This document shows positions 13,467 through 26,030 of a stretch of 64,000 bases of DNA, in pieces; positions within the stretch are counted from its first letter, which is position 1, and each line of letters starts with the position of its first letter. The DNA comes from Azolla caroliniana. Lineage: Eukaryota > Plantae > Polypodiophyta. Below the pieces are notes generated by a model. The model saw only the letters and a program-made list of their open reading frames with translations. It was not told where the DNA came from and ran no database searches. The position numbers and the translations under genes are program-made. The stretch spans positions 12,090,001 to 12,154,000 of the forward strand of contig JBHGNT010000017.1 of assembly GCA_043228905.1 (NCBI GenBank), given 5' to 3'.

Positions 13467-14329
13467 CGCCCCTTCGAACACAACTTCCATATGTCGAAAA
13501 GTTGTTTCGGTTCTGTCTTCGGAATCTGGCTTCCGGTGTTCATAATCCTGGAACTGGATTGTTCGGCTTTTCGGCTTCATGCTCGTGTTGCGTACTTACG
13601 TATCGTTGTATGTTGCGTACTCGATCAATTGCATATAGTGCGCGTGTCACTCACAGTACTCCCCCTCAAGCTCGACAATATGGATGTTGTTGTCGCGAAG
13701 ATGCTCGTGTGCGTGTGCTACTTGAGTGGGACCACCAGGACCATGGACCAGGGAGGACATTCACGAATTTGTCAAAAAGATGACGATGTGGATGTTACAG
13801 TCGAGGAAACCAATACCACATTTAAAAAAAACAAAGATTTTTAGACTCAAGAAGAAATATTTCAAGAAGAATATTACGAAGAAGATTATATTGATGGTGA
13901 TGATAATGATATCCCATATTGAGCCCCCCCTTTACATAAGCCTTATGAGGGTTTTAATAGGTCTATCCATGCTTTTAACATGCACAAAACCATGGGCTTT
14001 GACCCATGGTTTTTGGGCACACGGTTTTTCTTGTGGCATGCACAAAACCATGGGCTTGGAACATGGTTTTGTGCACACGGTTTTGTACGGTTGTTTTCCT
14101 ATGCCTTTTGAATATAAAAAGACACATCTAAAGTACTTGGTAGTAGCTCTAATGGTAAGATAAATGTCTTCTATCTTGGAGGTGCAAGGTTCAAATTTTG
14201 CTTGCACCCCTCTATATGCACTCGAATGCCACTAGGCCCTAGAATAATTTTCATATTTATAATCGTTTGTGTAATGTGTGTGGAACTACACTATTTCACA
14301 ATTTCTCCAATTGGACACGCAACATCACA

Positions 14330-17271
14330 ACATCGTGAGACCAAGATCCGAGGCGAATTGCCCAAGCTTGTCGACTCCTAAGGCCTTTGTACAGATATTA
14401 GCAAATCGATATCTCCGGCCTGTACGCGCTCGCGGATGAAGTGGTAGTGCACTTCGATGTGTTTAGTCTGGGCATGGAAGATGGGGTTCCGAGCGAGGTA
14501 GATGCTGCTCATGTTGTCATAGAAGAGGCGAATTGAATCCGTAATGGGAATGCCCAAATCCTTCAGTATGTGCTTGAGCTATATGGCTTCGCATGCGGCG
14601 ACTGTCGCGCCCCTGTATTCAGTTTCCGTGCTCAACAGTGCGACTATCGGTTGCTTCTTACTGCTCCAGGAGATCGCTCTGCTGTCGAGGGAGAAGACAA
14701 GTCTGGATGTGGATCGTCTATCCGATTTCTATCCTGCCCAGTCCACGTCTATGTATCCTTTGAGTCGGATGGTCATATTTGACTTATACATAATGCCATA
14801 ATCCATTGTAGTACTGACATACCGGAGTATCCTCTTAGCGCAATCGAGATGAAGGTTTCGCGGATTCTGCATGAATTGGCTAAGTAGGTCGACCGAATAA
14901 CTGAGATCGGGTCACGTAATGGTGACTCGATATTAAGCTGCCGATGAGTTGACGATATTGAGTTAACTCACACATGGTTGTGCCAAAATCGACATCCATC
15001 TTGAGATTACAATCGAGAGGGGTGTACACAGGTTTGCACTCGGTCATTCCGAACTTGTAGAGCAAGTTAAGAACATAGTGCCGTTGAGAGATCATTATTC
15101 CGACTGGTGTCTGAATTACTTCAATGCCTAGGAAGTAATGGAGATTGTGCAACTCTTTCATTTCGAATCTGCTGGAGAGAAGTGATTTGACTTTGTTAAT
15201 CTCGGTGAGATCATTTCCTCTGATGAACAAATCATCCACGTAAAGGATAATGAAAATTGGGCTATCCGACTTGTTTCGGATGTACAGGGAATTATCGGAT
15301 TTTGTCATTCGAAATCCAATCTAATGAAGATATTGCGTGATCTTTGAGTGCCATGCACGGGGTGCTTGTTTGAGGCCGTATAGTGGCTTCTTGAGGCGGC
15401 ACACAACGTTCAGATGATTGCGCGATTCAAAGCCGGGTGGTTGGATCATGTACACCTCCTCTTCCAATTCACCTTGAAGAAAGGCGTTCTTGACGTCCAT
15501 CTGGTTGAGGTGCCACCCTTTTGCTGCCGCAATTGCAATTATGGTCAGCACAGTTGTCATCTTTGCCACCGGGTCAAAGGTCTCTTCGTAGTCTACGCCG
15601 TGCGTTTGCGCTTATCCTTTCGCAATGAGCCGTGCTTTAAAGTGATTTATGGAGCCGTTGGCGTTGTGTTTCACTTTGTAAATCCATAGACAACCAATCT
15701 CTTTCTTGTGCAGCGTGTGAGGGACGAGATCCCATGTCTCGTTTTTGCATAACGCTTCCATTTCCTAATTCATCGCATCGACCCATCGCGGATCCTTTAC
15801 GGCTTTGGAAAGTGTCTCCGGCTCCCGTACTGACGCTACCTTCATCATGAAGGCGTAATGGTACGCCATATAATCGTTGTAGCCGAAACAGATTACGGGG
15901 TTCTTTTCACGGGTCGATTGGCGGAGTAAGTCGACTCGTGGTCGATTGGATGATTGGGCTTTCTTTGCTCCATTTGTCCGGATGATTGGGATTTCCAGGC
16001 CTTCGAACTCACTGTCGAGGGAGTGAGTTGACTCGTGGTCGATTGGATCTTCGTATGCGAATATCTTGGCCTTCCCTTTTTCGAGTTTCGGACTCGGTCG
16101 AAATGTGCTTTCGTCACTCGGAGGCTCCCGTGGTCCACTAAGCCGCGTCATAATTGGGCTTCAAGGTCGAGCGGAGGTAGAGTCGAAGTTGATTCTGGTG
16201 CGTACCAGGATGCGAACTCGTCGAAGACTACGTCTGGACTTACTCGAGTTTTTCGAGTAGATGGGTTGTAGCATTTATACCCCTTTTGTTCGAGTGAGTA
16301 TCCTACGAGGATACATTTCTCTGCCTTCGGGTCGAACTTTTGTCATGTAACGTCGGGAATATGTACGTAGGCGATAGAGCCGAAAATGTGGACATGTGAT
16401 AAGTCCGGCTTCTTTCCAAAGAACTTCTCATGAGGAGTTACGTTATGTACTCCCGAGGTTGTGCAGCTATTCATGAGGTATACGGCTGTGTTCTCCGCTT
16501 CTGCCCAGTATGATTTCGGCAAGTTCTTGTCATTCATCATAGCCCGTGCGACTTCTACTATGTGCCGGTTTTTACGCTCAACTACGCCGTTCTGCTAAGG
16601 TGTGTGACGACATGAGAATTCTCGTCAGATTCCTTCCTTTTATGGAGATACGCCATAAACTCATTCGTAGCCTTTTTGACTTCGGCTTTGAATCTTTGGA
16701 AGTATTCGAACACTTCGCTCTTTTGTTTCATCGGGTAGATCCAGGCGTTCGTGGAGAAGTCGTCGATTAACGTAATGTAATATCAGCATCTGAATGTACG
16801 ACATCCTAGATCCCTTTGCTCACATTTTGCTCTTTTGGGAATGGATGTCAGCGTTGCTTTCCGAACTGGCATGCTTCGCATACGCCTGTAATCTCCTTTG
16901 TAGTAAAGTTCGGGAGTTCGATTACGACTCCTTTGGATTGCATGTTCTGAAGTTTTTGGAGATTGATGTGACTGATTCTTTTGTGCCACAAATTTAAGTC
17001 CGTTTTGACTTTGAGGCCCTTTGCGAACATGGCCAACTTTACCTTGTTCAATTAGAGGATAAACATATGGCCTTCTCGTCGATCGTGAGCTACGACTTGA
17101 CCGGTGCTTTCGATGAAGCACCCGTCATTGTTGAATCGTACCTACATTCCTTGTTCGACAATCTGGCCGACAGAAACCAGTGTTTTCGTGATGGTAAGGA
17201 CATGCAGTATGTTCTTGAGATAGGTTTGTTTGCTATGGTTTCTGAATGGGACGTTCCCGATATGCTGTATT
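14330..17271 (-). pseudogene. Copia A pol (GAG-pre-integrase, integrase, RT, RNase H), disrupted
   Basis: LWHKRISH, LPKSYWAEA, QMDVKNAFLQGELEEEVYM and ILYVDDL motifs across broken frames. Confidence 0.85.
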
Positions 17272-17276
17272 GGATG

Positions 17277-17864
17277 TGTTGGGATTTCGGTCCCTCCGGA
17301 TGGGATGTCCGGAGATGAAGGACGGCAAGCCCGGTTGCGGTTACGGAGCCGGATGATGAAGACCCCGGTTACGGAGCCGGATGACGAATGTACCCGGAGA
17401 GAGATCCGGATGCGGAGACATATTTGTGAATATGTTTGCCAAGAGCCCTTGAGGCTATATTTGTAAATAGCCCGAAAGTCATATGTGTATAAATATGACT
17501 TAGGGCAAACAGTTAAGTCTGTTGTTGCTCATTTTTCTGTTTTCCACTAAGAGGGAGCTAAGTGAGAGCAGCCGAGAGAGAGTGAGAGAGAAGGAGGAAG
17601 GAAGAGGTCGACGCCTCTGTGTAATACCGCCGCCTGTGGCGAGGACAGCGAGTTCAAGGTCGTCGCCTTGCAGCTCGCCATTGTACATTCCCGCGTATAG
17701 TGATAGTTGGAGTCTTGCACTCCCGTGGTTTTTTCCCATTTAGGGTTTTCCACGTAAAACATCCAGTGTGCCCTTCTCTCTATTGTTTTCGTGCATTGTT
17801 GTATTTCCCGTTTTCTGTGAATCGATCCTGTTCCTCGGTTGTGGCCGAGCACGGAATTCCGACA
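17277..17864 (+). repeat. Copia B 5' LTR (588 bp)
   Basis: TGTT...GACA; nearly identical to the 3' LTR. Confidence 0.95.
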
Positions 17865-17895
17865 AAGTGGTATCAGAGCGACGGTAACACAGAAA

Positions 17896-20800
17896 ATGGA
17901 AGGCGGCAGCAGCGGGCAGCCGGGGATGATGGTGCTGAATGCGCAGAACTACGCCGACTGGAAGATAAAGATGGAGGATCTGCTCATTGTTCGGGACCTG
18001 TATGAACCGATCGACAGGTCAGAAATACCCAAGGGGGTACTTGAGACGGAGTGGAGGCTTCTGAACCGGAAAGCCGTTGCAACCATTCGGCAATACGTCG
18101 ACGTGAGCGTTCTACAACACGTGGCGAACGACACCAACGCATATGAGATGTGGAGGAAGCTGTCGGGCCTCTACGAGAGGAAGAATGCGTTGAACCGGAC
18201 CTCCCTGATGAGAAAGATAGTGAACCTCAAGTACCGGGACGGCGAGAGTATGGTGGAACACGTAAGCACGTTCATGGGATTCGTGAACCAGCTTGCGGCG
18301 ATCAAGTTCCCGTTGGAGGATGCAATGCAAGCCATCATCCTGATGTGTACATTGCCGGACAGCTGGGAGAACTTGGTGGTGACTCTCAGCACCTCCTGCG
18401 CCGAAGATAACTTGTCCCTACAAACGGTAAAGACAAGTATTTTGAACGAAGAAGCGCGTCGGAGAGATAAAGAACCGGTTTCTGATCAGAAGATGCTGCT
18501 TACCGAATCGGATCGGGGAAGACAATGGAACCGGAGTTCGCAAAGACGGGAGAAGTCGGGGACCCGGTCGCAGTCAAGAGGAAGGCCAACATGCTTCCAC
18601 TGTGGGAAGCCGGGGCACTTCCGGAAGAATTGTCGGCATTACCGAAAGGACAACGGAGCCGACGACACCGATTCGAAGAAGTCACCGGAGAGAAACGGTG
18701 CATACCGGGGAGCCACGGACCGGAGAGGTCCGGATCGGCGAGGGCAGGACCGGAAAGGAACGACGGCACTCGCGGCAAGTGAAGAAGAGATAATGCTTAT
18801 TACCGAAGAGAGGGAGCTGAACCTTGCCGGTGTAGAGATGACCTGGGTGGTCGATTCCGGAGCGTCGTTCCACCTGACCCCGGAGAAGAAATACTTCTCA
18901 TCCTACACAGCCGGTGAGCACGGCTGTGTCCGGATGGGAAATGAAGGCACATGCCGGATTGCCGGCATAGGAGACGTGTGGCTGTTGACATCAACCGGAT
19001 GCAAGATGCTGTTGAAGGATGTGCGACACGTTCCGGAGGTCCGATTGAACCTGATCTCGGCCGGGAGGCTAGATGATGAAGGCTACACGGGTAGCATCCG
19101 GAACGGTGTCATGAAGTTCAGCAAGGGGAGCCTGATAGTGGCTCGGGCCCGGAAGGTCAACACCCTGTACCTGATGAATTCCCGGCTATGTCCGGAGGAG
19201 CTGAACGTGGCAGCCGACACTGCCGGTGAGCTGTGGCACAAGAGACTGTGCCACATGAGCGAGAAGGGGATGAAGAGGCTTGCAGAAGACAACCTCATTC
19301 CAGTGAAGCATGTGCATCTGGAGAAGTGCACCGATTGCCTAGCCGGTAAGCAGAACCGAACCTCCTTCCACTCAAGGCCACCGACGAGACGTAGCGCACC
19401 ATTGGAGTTGGTGCACACGGATGTGTGTCAGGTAGAAACGAAGTCACATGGCGGAGCCCAGTACTTCGTGACTTTCATTGATGATCACAGCCGGAAGCTG
19501 TGGACGGCGCCGTTGAAGACAAAGGACCAAGTGTTGTCCGTCTTCAAAGAACTCCACGCGAGAGTGGAAAGGGAATCCGGCAAGAAGCTGAAAGCGATAC
19601 GAGCGGATAACGGAGGGAAATACCGGGGGCAGTTCCAGGAGTACTGTCGCTCGAAGGGAATCCGGCTCGAGTTTACTGTGCCGAAGACGCCGGAACTAAA
19701 CGGGCTGGCCGAGAGGATGAACCGGACCATAATGGAGAGGGTCCGGAGTATGCTGGCGCATGCGAAATTACCCAAGGGGTTTTGGGCTGAGGCAATGTCG
19801 ACGGCGACATACGTGATAAACAGATCACCCTCAGTACCTTTGGACGGAGACACGCCGCAGAAAGTGTGGACCGGTAAGGAAGTGTCCTACCGGCATCTGA
19901 AGGTGTTCGGGTGTCTCGCATACGTGCATGTGGCAAAGGACCGGAGAGGAAAGCTAGATCCAAAGACCCGGCCATGCATATTCCTCGGTTACGGCGACGA
20001 CGAGTTCGACTACCGAGTATGGGACCCGGTCGACAAGAAGATATTCAGGAGTCGAGACATCATCTTCATGGAGGACAAGACACTCGCCGACTGGGAGTCG
20101 GAGAAGAAGATGAAGAGCTCCAAGTCGACCGGTGAGGATCAACTCTACGAGGAGCAGTCCCGACCGGCAAGGGACCGGTTAACACTCGAGGATCCGGCCG
20201 AAGACTATGAAGAAACAGAACCGGCCGAAGAAGATGAAAATGATACCGGAACCGGCCCCGATCCCGAAATGGATTCGGATGAAGAAGAATCGGAAGAACC
20301 GGTTACCGAAGCTCCGGAACGGAGATATCCTCTAAGAGAGAGAAGGGGACCCCCGGAGATTTCCGGAACCAGAGCACGTGCTGCTAACCGACGAAGGGGA
20401 GCCGGAGAGCTTTGAAGAAGCAAAGCATGACACCCAGAGCCGCAGGTGGTTGAGTGCCATGCAGGACGAGATGGATTCCCTGCATGAGAACCACACATAT
20501 GAACTTGTGGAGTTGCCGAAAGGAAAGCGGGCACTTCGAAACAAGTGGGTGTTCAAGCTGAAACCGGGAGATGCCGGAAACCCCCCGAGATACAAAGCCA
20601 GGATCGTGGTGAAGGGGTTTCAGCAGAAGAAGGGCGTCGACTTCGACGAGATATTCGCCCCGGTAGTGAAGATGACCTCCATCCGGACGGTGCTGAGCAT
20701 AGCGGCAAGCATGGACCTCGAGGTAGAACAGATGGACGTGAAGACGGCATTCCTTCACGGTGACCTCGAAGAAGAGATCTACATGCAGCAACCGGAAGGA

Positions 20801-21970
20801 TTCGAGAAGAAAGGGAAGGAGCACCTGGTATGCCGGTTGAAGAAGAGCCTTTACGGACTGAAGCAGGCTCCCCGGCAATGGTACCGGAAGTTCGACTCCT
20901 TCATGACCGACGAAGGGTACCACAAAACGCAGTCTGATCACTGCGTGTTTGTGAAGAAGTTCGAAGGAGGAGACTCTCTAATACTCCTCCTGTACGTGGA
21001 CGACATGTTGATCGTCGGACGGAACCAGGTCAAGATACGGATGCTGAAGAAAGCGCTTCACCGAACCTTCTCAATGAAGGACCTGGGTCCGGCGAGGCAA
21101 ATACTAGGGATGCACATCATCCGGGACCGGAAGAAGAAGCAGTTGTGGCTGTCACAGGAGAAGTACGTGACAAAGGTGCTTCACCGGTTCAACATGTCGG
21201 AAGCAAGACCGGTCGGGTCAACCCTCCCGGGAAACTGCAAGTTGTCCAGCAAGCAAAGCCCCAAGACAAAGGCTGAGAAGGAGGACATGATGAAAGTACC
21301 ATATGCCTCTGCCGTCGGAAGCTTAATGTACGCAATGGTGTGTACAAGACCGGACATAGGATATGCAGTTGGAGTGGTGAGCCGGTACATGAGCAATCCC
21401 GGCAAAGAGCACTGGAACGCGGTCAAGTGGATACTCCGATACCTGAAGGGCACGGCAAACGTGTGCCTCCGATTCGGCTCCAGTAAGCCCGAATTCGACG
21501 GCTTTACCGATTCGGATATGTCGGCTGATGCAGATACCAGCCGGTCCACATCAGGGTATGTGATGACGTATGCAGGTGGAGCTGTTTCGTGGCAGTCGAG
21601 GCTGCAGAAGACGGTTGCGTTGTCAACCACGGAGGCGGAGTACATGGCGGCTGTTGAAGCCGGCAAGGAAATAATATGGATGAAGGACTTCATTAGAGAG
21701 CTCGGTATCCAGCAGGAGGAGTACCGACTCTACTGCGACAGTCAGAGTGCCATCCACCTTGCGAAGAACGCGGCTTATCACTCCCGGACGAAGCACATCC
21801 AGCGAAGATATCACTGGATCCGGGAAAGGATAGAAGACAAGGAGTTCGTGCTGACGAAGGTCCACACAGACGAGAACGGGTCGGATATGCTGACCAAGGT
21901 GCTCACACCCGACAAGCTGGAAGCATGCCGGAAGAGGATCGGACTGGAGAGACATCCCATGCCGAAGTGA
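17896..21970 (+). CDS. Copia B gag-pol polyprotein (gag-CCHC-PR-INT-RT-RNase H) with a single +1 frameshift near 20350
   Basis: ORFs 17896-20415 and 20378-21970. CFHCGKPGHFRKNC, WVVDSGAS, LVHTDVC, ADNGGKY, LLYVDDML and TDSD...CDSQSAIHLAKN motifs. Confidence 0.9.
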
Positions 21971-21980
21971 AGGGGGAGTT

Positions 21981-22624
21981 TGTTGGGATTTCGGTCCCTC
22001 CGGATGGGATGTCCGGAGATGAATGACGGCAAGCCCGGTTGCGGTTACGGAGCCGGATGATGAAGACCCCGGTTACGGAGCCGGATGATGAAGACCCCGG
22101 CTACGGAGCCGGATGATGAAGACCCCGGTTACGGAGCCGGATGACGAATGTACCCGGAGAGAGATCCGGATGCAGAGACATATTTGTGAATATGTTTGCC
22201 AAGAGCCCTTGAGGCTATATTTGTAAATAGCCCGAAAGTCATATGTGTATAAATATGACTTAGGGCAAACAGTTAAGTCTGTTGTTGCTCATTTTTCTGT
22301 TTTCCACTAAGAGGGAGCTAAGTGAGAGCAGCCGAGAGAGAGTGAGAGAGAAGGAGGAAGGAAGAGGTCGACGCCTCTGTGTAATACCGCCGCCTGTGGC
22401 GAGGACAGCGAGTTCAAGGTCGTCGCCTTGCAGCTCGCCATTGTACATTCCCGCGTATAGTGATAGTTGGAGTCTTGCACTCCCGTGGTTTTTTCCCATT
22501 TAGGGTTTTCCACGTAAAACATCCAGTGTGCCCTTCTCTCTATTGTTTTCGTGCATTGTTGTATTTCCCGTTTTCTGTGAATCGATCCTGTTCCTCGGTT
22601 GTGGCCGAGCACGGAATTCCGACA
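21981..22624 (+). repeat. Copia B 3' LTR (644 bp; two extra 28-bp units)
   Basis: Direct comparison with the 5' LTR. Confidence 0.95.
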
Positions 22625-23184
22625 GGATGAGTCTTGTCATCGCCTGTCTCGACATATCCGGGTTGTTCGGGTTTTCGTAATTCCCAAAACCAATCTTCAT
22701 GAGACGTCATCTGGTTGGATGCTCCCGAGTCAACAAACCATACGTTATTTGAGGCGGAGGCGCTAGTTTCGTGCAGATGTGTTGGTTGCAAAAATCTTCT
22801 TGAGGTTTCCCCAAGCTTCTTTCGGTGTTTTCTAATCTCGAATGTAGCCAAGCATATGATCATGAACGCATGATGCAAGGCAATACAACACATGGCTTGT
22901 GGCCTGCTCCAAAACAGGACAGTCAACGTGTGTTGGGTTGGGTTGAGTTTCGTGAGCTCCTTCAATGTAGCTTCAGTAACCTTGTCCGACAAGGTATTGA
23001 TGCATCTTGTATTCCCAAGATGCAAAGTTCGTTTTGTCAAGCTTCTTGGTAGGAAGAGCGCTTCCCATCTAAGTGTTCATTATTTCGATTTCTTCTCTGT
23101 TGATGAGCCATTTCTGTTGATCGTCGACGTGTACCACAACACAATTGAATAGATTCGATTGCGCAACCACACACTCTGATACCA

Positions 23185-23477
23185 TGTAAATAAAATGAGG
23201 AGCAAGAGTGGCTGAGATGCAATGGAAGGACTGTGTGTGTGTGTGTATGCACGTAAGGCAAAACAAAGAGAGAGAGAGAGAGCTTAAGACAAAGATAAAA
23301 GACCGTATATTACATTAACTAGAAATACTTCCAACAGAAACTAAGTTACAAGTGGTTGGTTTAAATAGCAACTAAACTAGGGCAAGTGCCCTTTCTACTA
23401 TTTAGAAAACTAGCCTAGTATGACCATGAGCTAGTGTGAAACCTATTACTATGGGAAGTTGAGTTCGACTCTCAACA
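23185..23477 (-). repeat. Copia A 5' LTR
   Basis: Adjacent to the Met-type PBS; matches 13168-13466. Confidence 0.9.
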
Positions 23478-23482
23478 ATATA

Positions 23483-25459
23483 TCACACCTGACAGAAAAG
23501 ACCAATTAACATGATCATATGCCTTTCCAAATCTAACTGCACCACAATCATTTCTTGATGTGCATGTTTAACATAACCGATAGCCATTTGAACATTCAAT
23601 ACATTGTGCAATATATTTTTACCTGCAATAAAACCATATTGAAGTGGGTAAATAAATGGAGGTAAGAATTTCTTAAGTTTGTTGGATAATGTCTTTGCAA
23701 ACACCTTGATTGGGTCTACAACAATGTCATATCCTATCTTAATTTGCACCACATTGAAATGAGCATATGATGGTCTTAGTCACTTGAAAAAACATATGAG
23801 ATTGTGATGGATTAATATCTATAAACCCCTTGTGCAACCAATTTGGTTTTTTGTCTTTTGAAAACTTTGACAATACAAATTCTTCACAATGTCTTGTAAT
23901 TGAACTTGAAGATCCAAAACGTCTTCACCATGTGGATTATTCACCAATAATACATTGCATCGTGTAAGAATATGTGAAAACTTATCAATCAACTGCCTAC
24001 GTCTTTTAACATTAGCCAAACCATACATATGGTGAATATCATCAATGTTTTGTAATGTTGTATCCCATGCATGCCATCCCTTTGAATTGACATGTTTTGA
24101 AAAGACACAAAAATGTGTTCCAAATAACCATCAAATAAGGAATGAAAGAACAAAAAAGAATTAAACCTCAAAGGAACCCTATCAAACAATTTTTTGTACA
24201 TATCTACCGAATGTTTATTGAACTCGAAACATATGCGAAAATGATCCGAGGACATAACCTCTTGCACAATTGACATGTTAAACATAATAAATATATTTTT
24301 TCCTACATACTTCATGTTTCCTTATATTGTGTAGACTGATATGTAAATCCAAACTCTAACCAGTAATGCTAATTGTCCCAAATTGCTTGCTCAAAAAAAT
24401 CTCAAACTAAAACTTGTGAAGTAGATTGTGATGCATCAACACACATAGTATAATCACCCATCAATAAACTAGCACAACCTGCTAATAACCTTGGATACAT
24501 AGAAAACCTCAACTCAACACGTTGTTTAATAGCGTTGGGTGCATAAATTCCTACCAACAATATCAAAACGAAGTACTTGACTTCCATCACCAAAAGGCGT
24601 CATTATAGACTATATGTGGACAAAAAAAACACAAATATTAATGCCTACACTTGAATAAGGATATGATAACTAAATTGCATAATATGCAGAATATCCATAC
24701 AAATGCATCACATATCTTGCTAAATCGTGACACTTGTGTTCAATTGTACATAAAGCATCCAACTTCTTATCAAATAAAGTTTTTCATAGTATATATTTCT
24801 TATGAGGAGAAGATGCCCTCACATATTACATGGTACCATTTTCATTTAACACCTTTAGTAATAACTTGCTCTTTACGAGCAAGTGTATGCACAAATATGT
24901 TAACAGTTTGTTTGAGAGCCACATAAGTATTTGTGTGTAATTCATCCCCTCCACCATTCATAGAGTTTTGTTATTTGGCCCCATGAGTACCAAGTCGTTG
25001 ATTAAATTGAGGTCACACCAACCTTCCCAAAGAATTGAATTGTAACTCGTTAGACAATCTCCTATTTCACACTTGTTATTGCTAAGGATTTCTTTTAAAG
25101 CCCTCATTCATTCTCAAATTACCGTTTGGTGATGCCTTACCATTAGTACTTATTGTGTCCCTTTGCACCGTGAAACCCTTGCCTTTTATCTTGTGTTGTA
25201 CTTGATGTCACTTTTGATCTTCAACATCTAGTTCTACACACGTAGGTACTCTATTATCTGCCCCAACATCTTTGACATGACCATGAACTTCAGAAGCTTG
25301 CTCTAAACTTGAGATGCTCCCTCATGCATGACCATATCAGCTATTGATAAGAATATATTCTTTGCAACATCTTCCTTTTTGTTTCTTCGACATAATTTTC
25401 TATGGATGGTTCACCATGATATTGGCATTTAGACATAAACTACCCTAATTGAAGCTCAA
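23483..25459 (-). mobile_element. Degenerate LINE, ORF2 endonuclease and RT N-terminal part
   Basis: LVGIYAPN...LMGDY (APE endonuclease) and QYGFIAGKNILHNVL...QLDLE (RT); contiguous with 13162 once Copia A is removed. Confidence 0.7.
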
Positions 25460-25464
25460 ACAAA

Positions 25465-26018
25465 TGTAGTAAATAGTGCTCGGCCACAACCGAGTCTTAA
25501 TCACAACGGAAGAATCAGAACAAAAATAAAGATTTATGCTCTTACACTCAAAATGGGTCAACACAGGATATTAACGTGGAAACCCTAATAAGGGAAAACC
25601 ATGGGAGTTCTCTAACTCCTAACAGGATCACTATAGAGGAGGGGTACAACAGAATGAGACTTAGATGCAACGACCTTGAGCTCTATATCTTCGCCTTCAA
25701 GCGGTTACAACAGAAACAAATTCAATTTTTCTCTCTCTCGCTCTCATAGACACTATACAACGATAATGTTGATCGCATATATACATAATTGTGTTGCCCT
25801 ATTTATATTTATACTTATATAACTTTGAGACTATTTACAAATATGACGTCAACGGTCACATCAGAACATATTTACTAATATGTTACTATTTGTTGGTTCA
25901 TACCGGATCCAGTCGGACTCCTTCCGGATCCATCCGATCCGGTTCCTTCCTTCGGCTAGTCTGATCCGGCTCATCCGGTTCTCATCCGGATCCCATTCGG
26001 AGGGACTTGTTTCCCAAC
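25465..26018 (-). repeat. Copia C 3' LTR
   Basis: TGTAG...CAACA; matches 60033-60545. Confidence 0.88.
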
Positions 26019-26030
26019 AAACTCCCCCTT

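Larger units (their letters stand above)
17277..22624 (+). mobile_element. Copia B: full-length, very young Ty1/Copia (Tnt1/Tork-like)
   Basis: LTRs 17277-17864 and 21981-22624; TSD GGATG (17272-17276 / 22625-22629); PBS TGGTATCAGAGC at 17868-17879; PPT AGGGGGAG before the 3' LTR. Confidence 0.97.
13168..23477 (-). mobile_element. Copia A LTR retrotransposon (degenerate, gag largely deleted), interrupted by Copia B
   Basis: LTR pair 13168-13466 and 23185-23477; TSD ATATA (13163-13167 / 23478-23482); PBS TGGTATCAGAG at 23174-23184 (minus); protease WFVDSGAS, integrase, RT YVDD and RNase H fragments. Confidence 0.9.

Noticed and set aside
17500-17852. Identical small ORFs repeated at 22260-22612
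   Set aside because: By-product of LTR duplication.
20340-20415. Programmed ribosomal frameshift in Copia B
   Set aside because: It lies between INT and RT in a C homopolymer, and the paralogous Copia C/D sequence is in frame there; mutation or sequencing error is more likely.
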